From Gammaproteobacteria bacterium (lineage in GTDB: Bacteria; Pseudomonadota; Gammaproteobacteria; SZUA-229), in NCBI GenBank assembly GCA_041589175.1, contig JBFHWF010000004.1, positions 3,480-67,479 on the forward strand: DNA of 64,000 nt, written 5' to 3'. Numbering within the stretch: the stretch's first letter is position 1; the number at the start of each line of letters is the position of its first letter. Of this stretch, positions 7,369 through 17,524 are shown piece after piece. A program made the position numbers and the translations under genes. The notes beneath the pieces were generated by a model that saw nothing but the letters and a program-made list of their open reading frames with translations, did no database searches and was not told the origin of the DNA.

Positions 7369-10300
7369 CTAATGCCTGGCTAAAAATTTATGCCGAATAT
7401 CTTCGAGAATAAAGTAGCTGGCTGGTACCAGTAAGAGAGTCACGACTGTTGCAAACAAAACGCCAAAAGCCAGCGAAACTGCCATGGGAATCAGAAACTG
7501 CGCCTGCACACTCCGCTCCAGCATCAGTGGCGTGAGACCGGCGAAGGTTGTAATCGACGTCAGTATAATGGGGCGAAACCGAACAGCACCTGCCTCATGA
7601 ATAGCCTGTATGAGTTCGACCCCCTGCTTACGCTTACGGTTAATATAATCCACGAGAACCAGATTATCATTTACTACAACGCCCGCTACTGCAATCATGC
7701 CACTTAAGGAAAGCAGGCTAATATCCAGCCCCAACAGGACATGCCCGAGGATCGCGCCAATCAATCCAAAAGGAATTGCACTCATCACCATCAGAGGCTG
7801 GGTATAGGAACGGAAGGGTATAGCCATTAAGGCATAGATTCCAATCAAAGCCAGCACGAACCCATTTATCATCGCTTCAATTAATTCGTCCTGATTTTTC
7901 TGACTACCCGATTTACTCCAGCTTACGGATGGATAGTTCTGTGACAACGTATTCAGAAAGTCCTCTCTCAGGCTTGTATTAATCTGCGAAGGTACAGCCA
8001 GTGACTCATCCACTCGAGCACTTACCGTAACAACTCGCTTACGATCAATACGCAGAATTTCCGTAGGACTGGAGGTAAAGTGCAAGTTTGCAACCTCGGA
8101 CAGCGGTATTTCCGTGCCATCTGCCAGCCTGATAAACATACTCTCAAGAAAGTATAACGAAGCACGCTGATCCCTGGGATAACGCACGAAGACCCTCACA
8201 TCATCTCGGCCACGTTGTATGCGCTGAACCTCTTCACCAAAAAATGCCTGACGCACCTGACGTGCCAGTATCTGGGTATTAACACCAAGGTGATGCGCCA
8301 GAGGTTTAAGCACCAGGCGAATTTCTTTTTTACCCGCCTCATGCGTATCCTGGATGTCATAGACACCCGTATAACTTTGTAGCTGTCTTTTAAGCGCAGT
8401 TGATGCCTGTATCAAAGACTCCGTGCCTGCACCCGTCAATTCAATACTGATATCAGGGCCTGAGTCTCGAAGTGTCGACTGAAAGCTTAACTGTGTGGCA
8501 CCCGGAATCTCACCCACTGCCTCGCGCCATAACCGAATAATTTCAGCTGCCTCTATCTTCCTTTGCTCTGCAACCTTGAGCGACAATGAAACTTCGCCGA
8601 CATGATCACCCTGACGACCACTTCTACTAATCACCTGCAAGCCAATAGTTGCAACTATATTTTCAATCTGTTTTTCGCCTTTCTGCACCCTCAGTGCTTC
8701 ATTGATCTGTTGCGCCGCAGCTTCAATACGTTCAACAGCCTGTTCCGTTTTTTCGATACTGGTTCCCTGAGCAAACGAAACACTCGCTATAGCAATATCA
8801 CCTTCGACTTTCGGAAAAAACAGGAGGTGTATCCAGCCGGCGTAAACGACAGTCACAAACACCAGAAAAGCGGCAACGAAAAAAGATAGCGTCAGGTAAC
8901 GCCATCGTAATACTTTAAGCAAAAAAGGCTGATACACTGATTCAATAAAATTCTCAAGCCAGTCTGAAAAACGCTTTTGCACACGCGTGTAAAAATACTT
9001 ACCACTCGACGGCTTCTGTATAGTGGATAAATGAGCAGGAAGCACAAACAGGCATTCTGCAAGAGAGAACAGAAGTGTAATTATCACAACCTGCGGTATA
9101 ACCATCCACAGCCTGCCATCCGCTCCTGGCAAAAACAGTATCGGCATAAAGGCAACGACACTGGTTAATACTGCAAACACGACAGGTACTGCCACATCCT
9201 GCGCCCCTGCAATTGCACCCGGCACACCCATCTGACCTTTACGATGAAATTTATGTATGTTCTCTCCCACTACAATCGCATCGTCTACCACAATCCCAAG
9301 CACCAGAATAAAACCAAACATGGAAATCATATTAATAGAGCCGTCTACATGAGGCAGGAGCCAGAATGCGCCCATGAAGGATATAGGAATTCCCATACTG
9401 ACCCAGAAAGCAAGGCGTAAGCGCAGAAACAGAACCAGGATCAGAAATACCAGTGTGAGACCAGTTAAGGCATTACGGATTAAAAGATTCATGCGACTCT
9501 TGAAATAATCCGATTTATCCTGCCAGATATCTAGCGACACTTCCTCTGGCAATCGTGCACGCTTTTCCTCCAGATAGTTTTTAACCTGATCAGAAATTTC
9601 GAGAATATTCTGATTACCCAGTCGATAAACTGTAATCAGCACGCCCGGATGACTATTAAAGCGCCCCTGAAAAGACAGCTCCTCGAAGCCATCAACAACA
9701 TTAGCGACATCTGACAGACGAATCTGTTGCCCATCTTGCTGAGCACGCAAAACAACATCCTGATATTCACTGGCCCAGTATGCCTGGCCTTCTGTACGCA
9801 ACAGCACGTCGCCTGAATGCGTATCGATTTTCCCTGCCGGCAAATCCAGAGATGCGTTTCGTATGGCACTTGCAACCTCATCAAAACTCATCTGGTATTC
9901 ATGCATGCGGTGTTCCGAGAGCTCAATGTTAAGCTCAAATTTACGTGCATTCACTATTTCAACCTGGGTTATCTCAGGCAACTCTGTGAGTTCATCACGT
10001 ACCGACTCAGCAATTTCCTTTAACGTAAACTCATCGGTATTACCCGACACAATCACATGAGCAACACTGCTTTTTATACTGATATCCCGAATTACCGGTC
10101 GCTCTACGTTTTCTGGAAAAGTTGTGATAGCGTCAATTCGAGAACGAACTTCATCCATCACGTTTCGTGTTGCATATGCCGCTTCAATATCCGCAACGAT
10201 ATTACACGCCCCGTCAGACGCGCGTGTTGTTAACTTACGAATCCCTTCTATATCGAATATAGCTTCTTCTATACGAACACAAACGGATTTTTCTATTTCT

Positions 10301-10473
10301 TCTGGCGATGCACCTGGATAGGCTACAGAAATAGAAATCATATCAAGAGAAATATTAGGGATCAGCTCTTTGCGTGTATCCTGCAACGACAGATAACCTG
10401 CAACCACAATCAACAGCATCAATAGATTTGCGGCCACCTGATTCTCAGCAAACCAGGCTATCATTTTATTCAT
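7369..10473 (-). CDS. RND efflux transporter permease (AcrB/AcrD/AcrF family)
   Basis: About 1035 aa with the N-terminus MIAWFAENQVAANLLMLLIVVAG. It has the 12-TM / two large periplasmic loop architecture and internal duplication, with VVDDAIVVGENI and GVVVNDNLVLVDYIN motifs. The start is ambiguous (10482 TTG, 10473 or 10464 ATG). Confidence 0.9.
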   Translation of the reverse strand: MNKMIAWFAENQVAANLLMLLIVVAGYLSLQDTRKELIPNISLDMISISVAYPGASPEEIEKSVCVRIEEAIFDIEGIRKLTTRASDGACNIVADIEAAYATRNVMDEVRSRIDAITTFPENVERPVIRDISIKSSVAHVIVSGNTDEFTLKEIAESVRDELTELPEITQVEIVNARKFELNIELSEHRMHEYQMSFDEVASAIRNASLDLPAGKIDTHSGDVLLRTEGQAYWASEYQDVVLRAQQDGQQIRLSDVANVVDGFEELSFQGRFNSHPGVLITVYRLGNQNILEISDQVKNYLEEKRARLPEEVSLDIWQDKSDYFKSRMNLLIRNALTGLTLVFLILVLFLRLRLAFWVSMGIPISFMGAFWLLPHVDGSINMISMFGFILVLGIVVDDAIVVGENIHKFHRKGQMGVPGAIAGAQDVAVPVVFAVLTSVVAFMPILFLPGADGRLWMVIPQVVIITLLFSLAECLFVLPAHLSTIQKPSSGKYFYTRVQKRFSDWLENFIESVYQPFLLKVLRWRYLTLSFFVAAFLVFVTVVYAGWIHLLFFPKVEGDIAIASVSFAQGTSIEKTEQAVERIEAAAQQINEALRVQKGEKQIENIVATIGLQVISRSGRQGDHVGEVSLSLKVAEQRKIEAAEIIRLWREAVGEIPGATQLSFQSTLRDSGPDISIELTGAGTESLIQASTALKRQLQSYTGVYDIQDTHEAGKKEIRLVLKPLAHHLGVNTQILARQVRQAFFGEEVQRIQRGRDDVRVFVRYPRDQRASLYFLESMFIRLADGTEIPLSEVANLHFTSSPTEILRIDRKRVVTVSARVDESLAVPSQINTSLREDFLNTLSQNYPSVSWSKSGSQKNQDELIEAMINGFVLALIGIYALMAIPFRSYTQPLMVMSAIPFGLIGAILGHVLLGLDISLLSLSGMIAVAGVVVNDNLVLVDYINRKRKQGVELIQAIHEAGAVRFRPIILTSITTFAGLTPLMLERSVQAQFLIPMAVSLAFGVLFATVVTLLLVPASYFILEDIRHKFLARH

Positions 10474-11800
10474 ATCGATCAATCGCCGCTGTTTGTTTCA
10501 CCTGCTTGGGAGTCAGACGCATTCCTTTAACAGGAAAATCGACAACATTCAGAATGACTCGCTCACCCAGCGCAATACCCTGCTGAAAGTAAACTGTATC
10601 TTTGTCACGCGTGAGCAACTTGACCTTACGTTTAATCAACTGATCATTTTCATCGATCAGCCAGACTTCCTGATTAGATCTCAACACCTGCTCTGGCAAA
10701 CGAACAATATTCCTTTTCTTACGCGACCTGAGTTCTGCTTTAACAAACATACCCGGCGTCAGAGATACAGAAAGCGCATCTTTTACACTGTGATTCACCT
10801 TGATTTCTGCAACCGCATTGAGCAGTCTATTTCTTGGATCGACCTGGCTTTCCACATAACTAAGCTGTGTGTTCCATTGCGCTTTTGTACCCGCAATTTC
10901 AGCCGTTAGTTCAACATCAACCGGCGACAACTCTGCCTCCATTAATCCAATATCCAGATGCTTTAACTGCTCCAATGATAACGGAAGTTTCACCTCCATC
11001 GAATCCGTGGCATAGATTTCAGCAAGTGTGAATCCTGTTGTTACATACTGACCCTCATCCACCTGTCGACTGATGACGCGCCCATTAAACGGTGCATATA
11101 TCCGGGTACGCTGTAACTGAAGTTCCGCTAGCTCAAGTTCCGCTCTTGCTGCTCGTAGATTAGCCCGCGCTTCTGCCAGCTGTGGCTTTCGTAAAGCATA
11201 ATCTGATGCCTGCTGAGGCGACCGCCCCATCTGCTGCAAATCAAACCTCGCCTGCCTGGCTTCACTTTCAACTCGAGACAATTGCTGTTCTGCTGCGGCA
11301 ACCTGTGCCTGCGACCGGGCAAGTGAAAGCTGGTAATCTGTATTATCTATTTCAACCAGCAACTCCCCTTCACGGAACCGCTCACCTCTAAACTTGTGTT
11401 CCGCAACACGCTTAACACGACCATTCACCTCAGCCACCAGCTTTATCTGCTGACGTGCACTGACACTACCCTGTGAATAAACTGGAATTGATAGTTGCTC
11501 TGGACGCGCAATAACGTATTCTGCAACAGGTGGCTTTTCTCTCACCGGCTTCTTGTCTGCAACGGGTTTGAAGACAAATAGTAACGATGAAATAGCTGCC
11601 GCGATAATCAGTACAATGACAACATAGATACGTTGACGGGGTGTTTCATCCTGCTTAACGATGACCAGCCTCCCAATATTAATTAACGCTTCATTCCTGC
11701 TTATGCGAAAGCACTGGATCGGCTTCCTCGTCAACCATTTCAACTTTCTCGATTTTCTCGAAGCGTGATGTAATCTTGCGAGCAGATGTATGCACATCAC
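10466..11800 (-). CDS. RND efflux periplasmic adaptor (membrane fusion protein, HlyD family); start uncertain
   Basis: It has a TM anchor (IYVVIVLIIAAAISSLLFVF), a coiled-coil hairpin (LSLARSQAQVAAAEQQL...LELAELQLQRTRIYAPFNG) and beta-barrel domains. The stop overlaps the RND permease start. The maximal ORF overlaps the rmuC 3' end by 110 nt, so the true start is probably an internal TTG near 11734-11743. Confidence 0.8.
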   Translation of the reverse strand: MMCIHLLARLHHASRKSRKLKWLTRKPIQCFRISRNEALINIGRLVIVKQDETPRQRIYVVIVLIIAAAISSLLFVFKPVADKKPVREKPPVAEYVIARPEQLSIPVYSQGSVSARQQIKLVAEVNGRVKRVAEHKFRGERFREGELLVEIDNTDYQLSLARSQAQVAAAEQQLSRVESEARQARFDLQQMGRSPQQASDYALRKPQLAEARANLRAARAELELAELQLQRTRIYAPFNGRVISRQVDEGQYVTTGFTLAEIYATDSMEVKLPLSLEQLKHLDIGLMEAELSPVDVELTAEIAGTKAQWNTQLSYVESQVDPRNRLLNAVAEIKVNHSVKDALSVSLTPGMFVKAELRSRKKRNIVRLPEQVLRSNQEVWLIDENDQLIKRKVKLLTRDKDTVYFQQGIALGERVILNVVDFPVKGMRLTPKQVKQTAAIDRYE

Positions 11801-13043
11801 TCACATCCTTGCTTGCCTGTGCGATATGTTTCGACAGGTTATCCATACGCACCTGAAAGCGTGCAAAATCCTTTGACAAGGCGACAAGATGATCCTGAAT
11901 CAGGTGCACCTGTTTACGAGTTGCCGAATCTTTTAAAACTGCTCGTGCTGTTGTTAAAACAGCCATTAACGTAGTCGGCGAAACCAGCCAGACACGGGCA
12001 CGTTGAGCTTCCTCAACCAGATCATAGTAATGGGCATGTATTTCTGCAAATATGGCCTCTGCAGGAATAAACATAACGGCGCCATCGGATGTTTCACCAG
12101 GCAATATATATTTCCCTGCAATATCTGTGATATGTTTTCTGATATCTTTTTTAAACTGTCGCTCGGCCGCAGCGCGCTCAATTTCTGAAATATCCACATC
12201 CATCATGCGCTGATAACTTTCCAGTGGAAACTTCGAGTCAATCGCGATATTACCACTAGGTTCTGGTAGAAATAGCATACAATCGGCGCGCGTGCTGTTC
12301 GGCAAGGTATATTGAAAGGCAAAACTGTTTTCCGGCATTACATTACGCACCAGCGATGCCAGCTGTATTTCTCCAAAGGCGCCTCGTGATCGTTTATCGG
12401 CAAGGACTTCCTGGAGGCTCACCACATTACCCGAAAGCTCCGTGATTTTTTTCTGCGCCTCGTCGATCAATGCCAGGCGCTTCAACACATCGGCAAATGT
12501 TGCCGTGGTTTTTTCAAAACCTTCATTTAACCGTTTATCGACCTGACCTGATATTTCCTTCAGACGCTCATCTGTCGAGCGGGTAAGCACATCAACTCGC
12601 TGGCCAAGTTCCTGACCATTCTTAGCAAGCGCCTCTGTCAGCTGCGCCCGTACTTCTGTCATACCAAGCGTCAGGCTTTCCTGCTGCGTTTTCAGGGCCT
12701 CCAGTTGCCGCTTATCAAAAGATTCACGATGCTGATTCAACCCCTGCTGGATAATATCTGCCTGCCGATTAAGCCGATCCTGCAACTGTTCATTCAAATG
12801 CACAATTCGACTTTCCTGGGCAGACTGTAGCTCATGTATTCGCTCACCTAGCAGATTACGCAGCTCTGCCAGCTGCATTAACTGCTGTTGAGCAATCTGC
12901 CCCAGCTCCATTTCAATGCGCTGCTGCATCTGTTCTCGATATTGTCTGAACTGTAACAGCAGACCCACCAGTACCAGTAAAACCAGAGCAGACAGGCCGA
13001 TTACAATCATCAGCTGCGGGTTATTAAAAATTTCATTCATCAA
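11691..13043 (-). CDS. rmuC: DNA recombination protein RmuC
   Basis: 450 aa with an N-terminal TM helix, a long Q/E/L-rich coiled coil, and the C-terminal RmuC nuclease-like region (ADCMLFLPEPSGNIAIDSKFPLESY, VMFIPAEAIFAE). Confidence 0.85.
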   Translation of the reverse strand: MMNEIFNNPQLMIVIGLSALVLLVLVGLLLQFRQYREQMQQRIEMELGQIAQQQLMQLAELRNLLGERIHELQSAQESRIVHLNEQLQDRLNRQADIIQQGLNQHRESFDKRQLEALKTQQESLTLGMTEVRAQLTEALAKNGQELGQRVDVLTRSTDERLKEISGQVDKRLNEGFEKTTATFADVLKRLALIDEAQKKITELSGNVVSLQEVLADKRSRGAFGEIQLASLVRNVMPENSFAFQYTLPNSTRADCMLFLPEPSGNIAIDSKFPLESYQRMMDVDISEIERAAAERQFKKDIRKHITDIAGKYILPGETSDGAVMFIPAEAIFAEIHAHYYDLVEEAQRARVWLVSPTTLMAVLTTARAVLKDSATRKQVHLIQDHLVALSKDFARFQVRMDNLSKHIAQASKDVSDVHTSARKITSRFEKIEKVEMVDEEADPVLSHKQE

Positions 13044-13202
13044 GCTATCCGATATCTGCCATTATGTTCTGTTAAGTGGCGCAGGCATAGTTGCCAGCGA
13101 TTCAGTTCGTGATGCACCTTGCTATGCCCACACTTTCTGCCCTTTTTAAGCACCCCCATGTAAGGGTATGATTAGCCTACTGACTGACCATAACATACCA
13201 CA

Positions 13203-14063
13203 ATGCCGAACATCCTTGTTACTGGTGTCGCCACGCTGGACATCATCAACCTCGTTACCGAATACCCTTCAGAAGACAGTGAAGTCCGTGCCACTCGCCA
13301 GCGTCGCCAGACAGGCGGCAATGCCACTAATATGGCTATCGTCCTGTCTCAACTCGGCAATCATTGCGCTCTACTGGCGCAACTGGCAGACGATGAACAG
13401 GGTGAATATATACGCCATCAACTGGATTCGCGGAATATTTCTCTTCATCTCTGCCCTGTACAGGAAGGTGGCGCCACCCCGACCTCCTATATTGCACTCA
13501 GTGAACACAATGGCAGCCGTACCATTATCCATCACCGCCAGCTTGATGAACTCGATCCGCATTATGTCTGCAAACTCGATTTTTCACCCTATGACTGGCT
13601 GCACTTTGAAGCCCGCGACTGCACCCGTCAGGTGGACATCCTGCAATATGCACGACGCTTTAATAAACCTGTCTCACTGGAGCTGGAAAAGCCCCGTGAA
13701 GGCATTGAGGCACTGCCTGCTTTTGCGGATTTGCTGCTATTATCACGCCCCTATGCAGAGTCGCAGGGCTTTTCTTCGGCAGAGCTATGCGTAACGGAAT
13801 ATGCCCAACGCTATCCCGATAAAGTCATCAGCTGCACCTGGGGAGCCAGTGGTGCCTGGCTTTATCACAATGGCACGATAAGGCACCAGGCCGCAACGCC
13901 TCTTGCTAGCACGCTAGAAACCATCGGCGCTGGCGATACATATAATGCGGCACTGATCTCTGCGCTCGCTCAGGGCCAGCCACCGGAGACTGCACTCTCG
14001 CATGCCTGTGAGCTAGCTGCACGCAAGTGCTCGCAACACGGCTTTGATAAACTTACGTTATAA
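13203..14063 (+). CDS. ketohexokinase-like PfkB-family sugar kinase
   Basis: Motifs LDIINLVTEYPSEDSEVRA..QR.QTGGNATN, LELEKPREGI, ETIGAGDTYNAALISAL and KCSQHGFD. These closely parallel the vertebrate ketohexokinase motifs as I recall them, and GAGD is the PfkB signature. Confidence 0.8.
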   Translation: MPNILVTGVATLDIINLVTEYPSEDSEVRATRQRRQTGGNATNMAIVLSQLGNHCALLAQLADDEQGEYIRHQLDSRNISLHLCPVQEGGATPTSYIALSEHNGSRTIIHHRQLDELDPHYVCKLDFSPYDWLHFEARDCTRQVDILQYARRFNKPVSLELEKPREGIEALPAFADLLLLSRPYAESQGFSSAELCVTEYAQRYPDKVISCTWGASGAWLYHNGTIRHQAATPLASTLETIGAGDTYNAALISALAQGQPPETALSHACELAARKCSQHGFDKLTL

Positions 14064-14088
14064 ACCAATGCTTAATCTGGAGATTTGA

Positions 14089-14424
14089 ATGACTGAAACG
14101 CTCTGTCATATCGACGAAATTAGTGATCCCGGCGCCAAGGGATTCAAACTGAAAAATGGCCGCACCGAGCGCCTGGTTTTTCTGGTAAAAAAAGATGGCC
14201 AGATTTATGGCTATGAAAATGCCTGCCCTCATGCGGGCATTAACCTTGAGTGGCAGGAAGACGACTTTCTCGACATTAACAATGAACATATCCAGTGCTC
14301 GGTTCACGGTGCACTGTTCAAGATTGAAAACGGTGACTGCATGGGTGGCCCGTGCAATGGCGAAGGTCTGACGTCAGTAAAGGTCCAGCTGGACGGTGAC
14401 GGAAATATCCAGCTGCTGGATTAA
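14089..14424 (+). CDS. Rieske [2Fe-2S] domain protein
   Basis: 111 aa with CPHAG...(19 residues)...CSVHGALF, i.e. the CxH...CxxH Rieske ligands. It starts 25 nt after the kinase stop. Confidence 0.8.
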   Translation: MTETLCHIDEISDPGAKGFKLKNGRTERLVFLVKKDGQIYGYENACPHAGINLEWQEDDFLDINNEHIQCSVHGALFKIENGDCMGGPCNGEGLTSVKVQLDGDGNIQLLD

Positions 14425-14427
14425 CCC

Positions 14428-15354
14428 ATGACATCAGCCGGCATGACCCGCCTGTTTCCTCTCTGGGCCGTACTAGCCAGCCTGCTGGCATGGCGGTTCC
14501 CAGAGCTGTTTACCCCACTAAAACCCGCAATCCTGCCGCTGCTGGCCAGCATCATGTTCTGCATGGGACTGAGCCTGCGGTTACAGGATTTTACCCGGGT
14601 ACTACGTATGCCTCGCCTGATTCTTAGCGGGCTGCTGCTGCAGTATTCTATTATGCCACTCACCGCATTTCTGGTTATCCAGCTATTCCAGCTGGATCCC
14701 ATGCTGGCCGTTGGCATGATACTGGTGGGAGCCAGCCCGGGCGGCACTGCCTCCAATGTGATCTGCTATCTGGCAAGGGCTAATGTTGCCCTGTCAATCA
14801 GCCTTACCAGCCTGTCTACGCTGTTATCGATTTTCCTCACACCCTGGCTCAGCTGGTTCTATATCGACGCCAGCATCGATGTCCCGACACTGGACATGCT
14901 AAAGAGCATTCTCATACTGGTAATTGCCCCGGTCAGCCTGGGGGTTCTGCTGAATCAGTATTTCCATTCGCAGGTGCAACGCATCAGCGCCGATCGCCTG
15001 TCGCTACTGGCGGTGATGGCTATCGTGCTGATTATTGCTATTGTTATCGCACTCAATGCGGAACGACTATACAGTCTATCTGCCATGCTGTTACTCGCCG
15101 TGGTCATACACAACCTGACCGGGCTGGCGACGGGGTTTGGCATTGCTCGCCTGCTGGGCGCATCGAGAGCAGATGCACGCACCCTGGCCATCGAGACAGG
15201 CATGCAGAACTCCGGGCTGGCCGTGGCACTGGCTATCAAATATTTTTCACCCGCAGCCGCACTACCGGGTGCAGTCTTTAGCGTATGGCATAACCTGAGC
15301 GGTTCACTACTGGCCAGTTACTGGCGAAGCCCACATCGCAAGCCTTCAGCCTGA
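14428..15354 (+). CDS. bile acid:sodium symporter (BASS) family transporter
   Basis: 308 aa and polytopic, with [16 protein letters not shown] and [14 protein letters not shown] motifs typical of BASS/SBF. It starts 3 nt after the Rieske stop. Confidence 0.8.
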   Translation: MTSAGMTRLFPLWAVLASLLAWRFPELFTPLKPAILPLLASIMFCMGLSLRLQDFTRVLRMPRLILSGLLLQYSIMPLTAFLVIQLFQLDPMLAVGMILVGASPGGTASNVICYLARANVALSISLTSLSTLLSIFLTPWLSWFYIDASIDVPTLDMLKSILILVIAPVSLGVLLNQYFHSQVQRISADRLSLLAVMAIVLIIAIVIALNAERLYSLSAMLLLAVVIHNLTGLATGFGIARLLGASRADARTLAIETGMQNSGLAVALAIKYFSPAAALPGAVFSVWHNLSGSLLASYWRSPHRKPSA

Positions 15355-15837
15355 CGAGCGGCTGCAGCACTTCTTATATTTACGACCACTACCACAGGGG
15401 CAGGGCTCATTTCTGCCAACTTTATTTTTCTTCAGCGGGTCACAGGCAAACTGCTCACCATCAATGTAATACCAGCGCCCCTGCTGACGGATAAATCGAC
15501 TCCTTTCATGCAGACAGCCCGCCTCGCCACGGTAAAGATAACTCGCAATAAACTCCACTTCAGCGTTATCGCCATTGCTGACATGATCAATAATCTTCAG
15601 CGTCGTCCAGCTCAACTCAGAATCCAGGGCGATAGATGCCGGTCGAGTATCTTCAAACCAGCTCGCCAGCAGATAATCGACTTCATTCTGTGCATAGGCC
15701 ACAAAGCGCGAGCGCATCAGGGCTTCGGCGGTCTGCGGCAGCGTTTCACCGCGAATACAGGGTGCGCAACATTGCGCCTGTGTCAGGCCGCTGCCACAGG
15801 CGCATAAGCCCTTGTTCTGCTTCATATTAGTACTCAT
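15346..15837 (-). CDS. ychJ: YchJ family protein (UPF0225, SEC-C motifs)
   Basis: N-terminal CACGSG...CC and C-terminal [17 protein letters not shown] metal-binding motifs flank an NTF2-like core. The size of 163 aa fits YchJ. Confidence 0.8.
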   Translation of the reverse strand: MSTNMKQNKGLCACGSGLTQAQCCAPCIRGETLPQTAEALMRSRFVAYAQNEVDYLLASWFEDTRPASIALDSELSWTTLKIIDHVSNGDNAEVEFIASYLYRGEAGCLHERSRFIRQQGRWYYIDGEQFACDPLKKNKVGRNEPCPCGSGRKYKKCCSRSSG

Positions 15838-15911
15838 ATGCCACTGATTTTAGTGGGTTTTTACCTTTAGTCCAGTAAATCACTAATTACTTAATTTACA
15901 GTATCGGGATA

Positions 15912-15940
15912 TTGACATCCGGGAAAACAGGTACTATTGT
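15912..15940 (+). promoter_or_regulatory. putative sigma70 promoter of tusA
   Basis: TTGACA (15912-15917), a 17-nt spacer, then TATTGT (15935-15940). AAGGAGA SD sits 6 nt before the tusA ATG. Confidence 0.4.
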
Positions 15941-16005
15941 AAGTAAACGATCACTAACATTGATCGATACTTATAAATGTTCCTGAATTACTTAAGGAGA
16001 AACCC

Positions 16006-16233
16006 ATGAGTTTCGACGCTGAATTAGACGCTAAAGGTCTAAACTGCCCCCTGCCAATCCTGCGCGCCAAGAAAGCAATTGCTGAACTGTCTGCAGGCCA
16101 GGTACTGAAGATTGTTGCAACTGACCCAGGTTCAGTTAAAGACTTCGAAGCATTCTGCAAGCAGACTGGTAACGAGTTACTGTCTAGCTCTGAAGCAGGT
16201 GGTGCTTTCGAGTTCATGATCAAGAAGTCTTAA
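16006..16233 (+). CDS. tusA: TusA-family sulfurtransferase
   Basis: 75 aa with LDAKGLNCPLPILRAKKAI, the conserved CPxP active-site motif of TusA/SirA. Confidence 0.8.
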   Translation: MSFDAELDAKGLNCPLPILRAKKAIAELSAGQVLKIVATDPGSVKDFEAFCKQTGNELLSSSEAGGAFEFMIKKS

Positions 16234-16251
16234 TCGACATCCTGATTACAG

Positions 16252-16280
16252 AAAGGCACCAGCTACTGGTGCCTTTTTTT
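16252..16280 (+). terminator. rho-independent terminator after tusA
   Basis: AAAGGCACCAG / CTGGTGCCTTT forms an 11-bp stem with a 3-nt loop, followed by a T-run (TTTTTTT). Confidence 0.75.
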
Positions 16281-16326
16281 ATGCGACAGACTTAAGTCCT
16301 TATCCTGCACTCCAGGAGCCGCACCA

Positions 16327-16935
16327 TTGGCGAAACGACTCTCAGCTGAAGAACGACGAGCCTCGATCATCACGGTCGCCAAGCGACTATTCGCAAAAAC
16401 CGGTTTTCACGGTGTTTCCATCGACGAAATTGTTAAGGAAGTTGGCGTCAGCCCGGCGATTCTTTACCGCCATTTCGAATCCAAAGAAGAACTCTACCAG
16501 GCCGTGTTACAGGAATTTTCAGCGACACGCGAATCCTACGTCGAAACGGTAGTCGCCGACGATATAGGCTTTGAACAGGTATTACGGGGCATGACCACCG
16601 TATTCGTCGCCAGCATTATGAACCATCCCGATATGTTAAAGATGGAAATGCACTCCCAGCTGGAAGGCTCTACAGCCAGCCAGGAGTTTTTCCTCAATCG
16701 CTGGAAGAGCTTCACCGACTATATTGAATTTAACCTGACTGAACTTCAGACACAGGGTAAAATCAAACCCATCAACGCACAGGCTGCGGCCCTGATGTAT
16801 CAGGGCATCATACGCGAAGTACTGCTGCTGAAATGCATGCAGCCAACTGATCGGCTGAAGGATACACCCGTCGCCTTGCTAGTTGATGAGGTCATTACCC
16901 TGTTCATGAAAATAATTGAACCTAAACGAAAATAG
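16327..16935 (+). CDS. TetR/AcrR family transcriptional regulator
   Basis: N-terminal HTH AKRLFAKTGFHGVSIDEIVKEVGVSPAILYRHFESKEELY is the classic TetR_N domain. The start codon is TTG. Confidence 0.8.
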   Translation: MAKRLSAEERRASIITVAKRLFAKTGFHGVSIDEIVKEVGVSPAILYRHFESKEELYQAVLQEFSATRESYVETVVADDIGFEQVLRGMTTVFVASIMNHPDMLKMEMHSQLEGSTASQEFFLNRWKSFTDYIEFNLTELQTQGKIKPINAQAAALMYQGIIREVLLLKCMQPTDRLKDTPVALLVDEVITLFMKIIEPKRK

Positions 16936-16950
16936 ATTTCAGGTGCATCG

Positions 16951-17520
16951 ATGATTATAAAAACTTTTTCCTTACTCATTCTACTGAGCTTTTCAATGAG
17001 CAGCCTGGCAGCCGAGCTTGTTCAGGTTCGCATGCAGACCAACAAGGGCAGTATTGAAATCGAGCTAGACAAAAAAAGCGCACCGGCCACCGTTGATAAC
17101 TTTCTGCGTTACGTTAAAGATGGCTTCTATGAAGGCACCGTTTTCCATCGCGTCATTAAGGGCTTCATGATTCAGGGTGGCGGCTTCAGCGCTGACTTAA
17201 CGCGTAAAGAAACTCATCCACCCATAGAAAACGAGGCCGATAATGGCCTGCAGAACAAGCGCGGCACCATCGCCATGGCAAGAACCAATATGCCGCATTC
17301 CGCCAGCTCCCAATTTTTCATCAATACTGTCAATAATGATTTTCTCAACTTCCGCAATAAAACCATGCGCGGCTGGGGATACACTGTATTTGGAAAAGTC
17401 ACTAAAGGAATGGACGTTGTCGACAGTATTGAAAACACACCAACAGGTGCCCGAGGCATATTTCCTCAGGACGTACCTACCCAGGACATAGTAATTCAGA
17501 AAATAGAAATTATTGAATAA
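16951..17520 (+). CDS. ppiA: periplasmic peptidyl-prolyl cis-trans isomerase (cyclophilin type)
   Basis: Signal peptide followed by cyclophilin motifs: [36 protein letters not shown]. Confidence 0.9.
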   Translation: MIIKTFSLLILLSFSMSSLAAELVQVRMQTNKGSIEIELDKKSAPATVDNFLRYVKDGFYEGTVFHRVIKGFMIQGGGFSADLTRKETHPPIENEADNGLQNKRGTIAMARTNMPHSASSQFFINTVNNDFLNFRNKTMRGWGYTVFGKVTKGMDVVDSIENTPTGARGIFPQDVPTQDIVIQKIEIIE

Positions 17521-17524
17521 AGAC

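Noticed and set aside
13168-13794. 208-aa plus-strand ORF overlapping the kinase gene in another frame
   Set aside because: The 13203-14063 frame gives a full-length PfkB/ketohexokinase-like protein. The alternative frame has no motifs.
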